Below, piece after piece: positions 15,907-20,265 of a DNA stretch of 20,265 nucleotides; positions within the stretch are counted from its first letter, which is position 1; the number at the start of each line of letters is the position of its first letter. The notes below the pieces were generated by a model. The model was not told the origin of the DNA and ran no database searches. It saw only the letters and a program-made list of their open reading frames with translations. This stretch comes from Candidatus Scalinduaceae bacterium (lineage in GTDB: Bacteria > Planctomycetota > Brocadiia > Brocadiales > Scalinduaceae). The position numbers and the translations under genes were made by a program. The DNA lies in contig JBHICG010000063.1 in NCBI GenBank assembly GCA_046759445.1, positions 1 through 20,265 of the forward strand, in the 5' to 3' direction.

Positions 15907-16483
15907 CAGAATAACACCGATAGTCATATTTTTGATTCCCTTAATCTTTTTGGGATTATTTCTCAAAGTAAAGCTCGTTTATTCTTTGCCTGCCAAGGAT
16001 GTGATCCCTCTCGTTGATGAAGAATATTATCCGGAAGTCCATAAAGCCTTAACTAATGCTAAAAAATCTATACTATGTGTTATGTTCATGGCAAAGATAG
16101 ATCCAAGGCATACAGAAGGTGATGAATATCAGTTAGTACTTGACCTTATTGCCGCCCACAGAAGGGGAGTAAATGTATTGGTGATATTTGACCAGAACGT
16201 TAAATTTTGGGAAAATGGAAGAAAAAGTAACACAATAGAAAGAAAAAGCGAATACGCATACGAGTTACTTTCACGAAGTGGTGTCCCTGTCTTTTATGAT
16301 AATGAAAAAAGGGTAACCCATAACAAGGTATTAGTTATTGACAAATACATAACAATCATAGGAAGTACAAATTGGACTTATAGTGCATTGAGAAAAAACC
16401 ATGAGGCATCTGTAATGATTAAATCCAAAAGTATAGCACGCGCATTCGAGAAGAAATTAGAAAAAATAGAAAAAAAGCGGTAA
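15896..16483 (+). CDS. Membrane-anchored single-HKD phospholipase D/Nuc-like protein
   Basis: N-terminal hydrophobic helix; one HxKxxxxD motif (HNKVLVID) followed by GSTNWT and NHE; overlaps the mtaB end by 11 nt. Confidence 0.85.
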   Translation: MKLNRITPIVIFLIPLIFLGLFLKVKLVYSLPAKDVIPLVDEEYYPEVHKALTNAKKSILCVMFMAKIDPRHTEGDEYQLVLDLIAAHRRGVNVLVIFDQNVKFWENGRKSNTIERKSEYAYELLSRSGVPVFYDNEKRVTHNKVLVIDKYITIIGSTNWTYSALRKNHEASVMIKSKSIARAFEKKLEKIEKKR

Positions 16484-16528
16484 TAGTTAATAAAGCGTGT
16501 ACAAAAAGATTTGTAGCATAAAAATATC

Positions 16529-16557
16529 TTGCATTTGTTAATCTGCTTTGTTATATA
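16529..16557 (+). promoter_or_regulatory. Putative sigma70 promoter for cmk-rpsA
   Basis: TTGCAT (16529-16534), 17 nt, TGt-TATATA (16552-16557). Confidence 0.4.
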
Positions 16558-16605
16558 AAATGACTTACAAAGTTCTAATAGTAATCTCAGATTGGAGAAT
16601 ACCTA

Positions 16606-17283
16606 TTGATCATTGCGATCGATGGGCCAGCAGGATCAGGAAAGAGCACTGTAGCAAAAAAAATAGCCGAACTACTTGGTTTCAGGTATCTTGATAGTGG
16701 TGCAATGTACAGGGCTTTCACGTGGAAAGCAAAAAACACACGTTTTGATTTCCACGACAAAGAAGGACTCTGTAAGTTGTTAAATGAAACAAATATTAAA
16801 ATAAAATGTTCAAATGGTGCATTGGAAATATTTGTAGACGATGTTAATGTAACAAATGAAATACGACACTCCTCTATAACCAAAAACGTGCATTATGTCT
16901 CAACCCTTGAATTTGTCCGCAAAAAAATGGTTGAACTTCAAAGGGACTTTGCCAGAGGGAAAAATATCGTTGCCGAAGGCAGAGATATGGGAACAGTTGT
17001 TTTCCCAGACGCTGATAAAAAAATTTATCTGGATGCGGATATCAAAGAAAGAGCTAAGAGACGTCATTCTGAACTTAAAGACTTTAACGATAACAGTAAT
17101 CTTAATAAAGTAATAGAAGATATCAAGCAGAGGGATCACAGAGATTCAACAAGAGAATTTGCACCTCTGAAAAGAGTACATAACGCCTTTTATCTCGACA
17201 CAACAAATATGACAATAGAAGAAGTTGTAAATATTTTGATTAAAGAAATAAAAAAAAACAGCAAAAAAACTAGCCGTGATTAA
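16606..17283 (+). CDS. cmk: Cytidylate kinase
   Basis: IAIDGPAGSGKST P-loop, YLDSGAMYRA, AEGRDMGTVVFPDA, RDHRDSTR..APL; TTG start with GGAG RBS. Confidence 0.97.
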   Translation: MIIAIDGPAGSGKSTVAKKIAELLGFRYLDSGAMYRAFTWKAKNTRFDFHDKEGLCKLLNETNIKIKCSNGALEIFVDDVNVTNEIRHSSITKNVHYVSTLEFVRKKMVELQRDFARGKNIVAEGRDMGTVVFPDADKKIYLDADIKERAKRRHSELKDFNDNSNLNKVIEDIKQRDHRDSTREFAPLKRVHNAFYLDTTNMTIEEVVNILIKEIKKNSKKTSRD

Positions 17284-17340
17284 AATAGCTACCTGATTAA
17301 ATGTTAAGTTTATAAATTTGTTTTTTGGAGAAAGTTTTAA

Positions 17341-19086
17341 ATGGTAAATAGAGACGTTTTAAGTGAGTATAATATTAAGCAAGAAGAAATAGAAAAAGAA
17401 CTTGAAGAAGTAATAGAAAGTGATAGTTTTGAAAATATTGATGAAATATACAACAATTCAATTAAAAACTTCGAATTAGGTGCCATTTTAAAAGGGAGAA
17501 TCATGGATCTTTTAGGTAATGATGTAGTAATAGACACAGGATATAAATCTGAGGGGATAGTCCCACTTTCTGAATTTGGTAGCCCTGAAGAAGTTAAGAT
17601 AGGCGATGAGATAGAGGTAGTACTAGAATCTTTTGAAGACGATACAGGTTTAATACAAATTTCAAAACGAAAGGCAGATACTATACGTGGATGGGAAAAA
17701 ATAGTTAATAAATACAAAGAAGGAGATGTTGTAAAAGGCAAGGTAACAAGGAAAATAAAAGGAGGATTGCTTGTAGATGTAGGTATTCCAATCTTTTTAC
17801 CAGCATCACAAATTGACATTAAACCCCCAGGTGAAATAGCTGAGTATATAGGCAATGAAGTAACATGTAAGATATTAAAGATCGATGAAGCCCAGCAGAA
17901 CATTATAGTATCAAGAAGAAAGCTTATAGAGGAAGAACGCAGTAAGCAAAAGCAGGAATTCTTAAACAGCGTTGAAGTTGATCAGATTGTGAAAGGAACA
18001 GTTAAAAACATTGCAGATTTTGGGGCATTTATTGACCTTGGAGGCATTGATGGACTACTCCACATAACAGATATGAGCTGGGGGAGGATCAGTCATCCGT
18101 CCGAAATGTTAGCAATCGGTGATGATGTTGAAGTAAAGATTCTCGGAATTGATAAGGTAAAAGAGAAGATTGCTCTTGGGCTAAAGCAAAAAACTGAAAA
18201 TCCATGGCATAATGTAGAAGAAAGATACCCGATTAGCTCAACAATTAAAGGTCAAGTAGTGAACATAATGCCATATGGCGCTTTTATCAAGTTGGAAACC
18301 GGCATTGAAGGTTTAGTCCATATTTCTGAAATGTCATGGACGCGCCGCATAAACCATCCTTCAGAGGTAGTTGCCATTGGTGATATAGTAGAGGCTATAG
18401 TACTAAACATAAACAAAGAAAAAGAGGAAATTTCCCTAAGTATTAAACAAATAGAAAAAAACCCATGGACATTTATAGAAGAAAAATATCCATCAGGAAC
18501 TAAAATAAAAGGAAGGGTGAGGAATTTAACTAATTATGGAGCCTTTATCGAAATAGAGGACGGTATAGATGGCCTTCTTCACATATCAGACATGTCATGG
18601 TCGAAAAAGATTGCACATCCCTCAGAAATTGTTAAAAAGAGTGATAAGGTAGAAGCAGTTGTATTATCAGTTGACAAAGAGAAAAAACGGGTATCATTAG
18701 GTCTTAAACAACTTACAGATGATCCTTGGCAAAAAGAGATTCCAGAAAAATATTCTATTAATGATGTCGTTAGAGGCAAGGTAACAAAAATGACAAGTTT
18801 TGGAGCATTTTTAGACTTGGGTGAAGGCCTGGAGGGACTCTTACATGTTTCAGAAATTCCTAATGAAAAGGCCAATAATATTGAACAAGTTATTTCTATT
18901 GGCGATGAATTAGATGTAAAGATTATAAAAATGGAACCAGAATCAAGAAAAATAGGACTAAGTATTAAAGGTATAGAAAAGAAGTCAGAGAAGGAAAGTG
19001 CTTCTCAAGAAACGAAAGCTGACATAACAGTTTCTGATAATGTTGGTGAAGAAAAAGCTGACGATTCAAAAACAGAAAACAAATAA
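17341..19086 (+). CDS. rpsA: 30S ribosomal protein S1
   Basis: Six S1 repeats (GYKSEG, FLPASQID, FGAFIDLGGIDGLLHITDMSW, YGAFIKLETGIEGLVHISEMSW, etc.); canonical cmk-rpsA order. Confidence 0.98.
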   Translation: MVNRDVLSEYNIKQEEIEKELEEVIESDSFENIDEIYNNSIKNFELGAILKGRIMDLLGNDVVIDTGYKSEGIVPLSEFGSPEEVKIGDEIEVVLESFEDDTGLIQISKRKADTIRGWEKIVNKYKEGDVVKGKVTRKIKGGLLVDVGIPIFLPASQIDIKPPGEIAEYIGNEVTCKILKIDEAQQNIIVSRRKLIEEERSKQKQEFLNSVEVDQIVKGTVKNIADFGAFIDLGGIDGLLHITDMSWGRISHPSEMLAIGDDVEVKILGIDKVKEKIALGLKQKTENPWHNVEERYPISSTIKGQVVNIMPYGAFIKLETGIEGLVHISEMSWTRRINHPSEVVAIGDIVEAIVLNINKEKEEISLSIKQIEKNPWTFIEEKYPSGTKIKGRVRNLTNYGAFIEIEDGIDGLLHISDMSWSKKIAHPSEIVKKSDKVEAVVLSVDKEKKRVSLGLKQLTDDPWQKEIPEKYSINDVVRGKVTKMTSFGAFLDLGEGLEGLLHVSEIPNEKANNIEQVISIGDELDVKIIKMEPESRKIGLSIKGIEKKSEKESASQETKADITVSDNVGEEKADDSKTENK

Positions 19087-19296
19087 AAGTTTGAAAATAT
19101 TTTAAGATTTCAACACTTCAAGCATACCCAAAAGAATCAAAATAACATACCATTTCAAAAATCAAAATAGCAAAGAGGTTCAGTAAGAAAAATCGAAAAA
19201 GATAATTCAGAACACGTGAATATTTAAAGGATAACACGAAATTTGTAGTTAGCGTTGTACAAACATAATTATGTTTCAGTAAAAGGAGAGTAAAAC

Positions 19297-19806
19297 TTGC
19301 TTAAAGAGCTTGTTCGTGATGTACCTGATTTTCCTCAAAAAGGGATTGTTTTTAAGGATATAACTCCGTTATTCCAAAATTCTTCAAGCTTAAAAGAAAT
19401 CGTTGACAAAATATCCAGCCATTACGTAAATAACAAAATTGACATAATTGTGGGTGCGGAAGCAAGGGGTTTTCTTATTGGACCAGCGGTAGCCATAAAC
19501 CTAAACACTGGATTTATACCCATCAGAAAACCCGGAAAACTGCCCCGTGAAACGGCTAGTATGACATATCAGTTAGAATATGGCACAGATACACTTGAGA
19601 TACATAAAGATGCAATCAAATCAGGAGATACTGTTCTGATGGTTGATGACCTTTTAGCTACTGGGGGGACAATGGCAGCCTGTTGTAATTTAGTAGAATC
19701 ACTTGGTGGTAAAATAGTGGGATGTGCTTTTATAATTGAACTTGGTTTCTTGCATGGGAGAGACATGCTGAATAAATATGATGTCTTCTCTTTAATTCAA
19801 TACTGA
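19297..19806 (+). CDS. apt: Adenine phosphoribosyltransferase
   Basis: PDFPQKGIVFKDITPL, EARGF, RKPGKLP, YQLEYGTD, VDDLLATGGT; AGGAG RBS before the TTG start. Confidence 0.97.
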   Translation: MLKELVRDVPDFPQKGIVFKDITPLFQNSSSLKEIVDKISSHYVNNKIDIIVGAEARGFLIGPAVAINLNTGFIPIRKPGKLPRETASMTYQLEYGTDTLEIHKDAIKSGDTVLMVDDLLATGGTMAACCNLVESLGGKIVGCAFIIELGFLHGRDMLNKYDVFSLIQY

Positions 19807-19811
19807 AAAAG

Positions 19812-20090
19812 ATGGATCAATGTTCATTTATTAGTGGACGGAAGAAAATAATACCTATTTCCGCCTATGTTTTAGTTAGAATAGCTCCTGCAAATCTTGA
19901 TATTTACACATTAAACAAAAATCTTTCAAATATTGAAGGGGTTCATTCAGTCGTCAGTGTATTGGGACAATACGATTTCGTAGTGCAGGTTAAGGCAGGC
20001 AATCTAAAAGTGGTTGATTCTGTATCTAAGAAGATTAAGGAAGTCTCAGGAGTTAGAGACAAAATAACATTGCCTACTATATCGGTATAA
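19812..20090 (+). CDS. Stand-alone Lrp/AsnC ligand-binding (RAM) domain protein
   Basis: SAYVLV...IEGVHSVVSVLGQYDFVVQV...IKEVSGVRDKITL matches the AsnC C-terminal domain pattern; no HTH. Start uncertain. Confidence 0.75.
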   Translation: MDQCSFISGRKKIIPISAYVLVRIAPANLDIYTLNKNLSNIEGVHSVVSVLGQYDFVVQVKAGNLKVVDSVSKKIKEVSGVRDKITLPTISV

Positions 20091-20133
20091 TTACACAATG
20101 AATCTTTGTCATTTTATAAAGATGCCAACATTG

Positions 20134-20168
20134 AGGCCAGTATCATATTGTTGATTGCTGGCCTTTTT
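20134..20168 (+). terminator. Probable rho-independent terminator after apt/AsnC-domain gene
   Basis: AGGCCAG(T)ATCA...TGAT(TG)CTGGCCT stem followed by TTTT. Confidence 0.6.
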
Positions 20169-20191
20169 CAGTTTTAAACCCAGTCTAAGAT

Positions 20192-20265
20192 GCGCCCGTA
20201 GCTCAGAAGGATAGAGCGACGGTTTCCTAAACCGTAGGCCAGAGGTTCGAATCCTCTCGGGCGTA
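20192..20265 (+). tRNA. tRNA-Arg (anticodon CCT)
   Basis: Acceptor stem GCGCCCG/CGGGCGT, D-arm GCTC..GAGC, anticodon stem ACGGT/ACCGT with loop TTCCTAA (anticodon at 20226-20228), T-arm AGAGG TTCGAAT CCTCT; the window ends at the discriminator A. Confidence 0.97.

Noticed and set aside
17337..17903. 188-aa antisense ORF in rpsA, and the other short ORFs nested in or antisense to mogA, apbE, nifS, degP, ald, mtaB, cmk and apt
   Set aside because: Fully overlapped by well-supported genes, with Ser/Ile/Phe-rich composition typical of shadow frames.
17980..18960. Repeated sequence in rpsA as a repeat array
   Set aside because: These are ordinary S1-domain repeats.
19208..19223. Third parS-like site (CACGTGAA core)
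   Set aside because: The left arm does not match and the palindrome is not maintained.
1..20265. CRISPR array, prophage, intact transposon or defence island
   Set aside because: No regularly spaced repeats, cas, integrase, transposase or phage genes. The PLD, Nudix and PncA genes sit in housekeeping context.

Overview
AT-rich bacterial chromosomal segment of mostly core genes, bounded by two outward-facing tRNA genes: a truncated tRNA-Gly(CCC) on the minus strand at the left edge and tRNA-Arg(CCT) on the plus strand at the right edge. Gene order: mogA/moaB-like, glyQ, parB (minus, with two parS-like sites), ABC-2-type permease, BamC-like lipoprotein, FMN-binding domain::ApbE fusion, nitrilase-family hydrolase, nifS-type desulfurase, degP/htrA (minus), a secreted hypothetical protein with internal repeats, an ald-Nudix-pncA operon (minus), mtaB, a single-HKD PLD/Nuc-like protein, cmk, rpsA, apt and a stand-alone Lrp/AsnC ligand-binding domain. 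The 'MVNR...' RpsA N-terminus and low GC suggest a planctomycete, possibly an anammox (Brocadiae) organism; this is inference only. I see no transposase, integrase, phage genes or CRISPR array. The most interesting element is a coupled lipoprotein plus an exported protein that fuses a flavinylation acceptor (TGAT motif) to its own ApbE flavin transferase. Also notable are the parB/parS locus without parA, the NAD-salvage-like operon, an IS200/IS605-end-like hairpin and a GC-rich structured patch in a divergent intergenic region. Novelty cannot be established without database searches.
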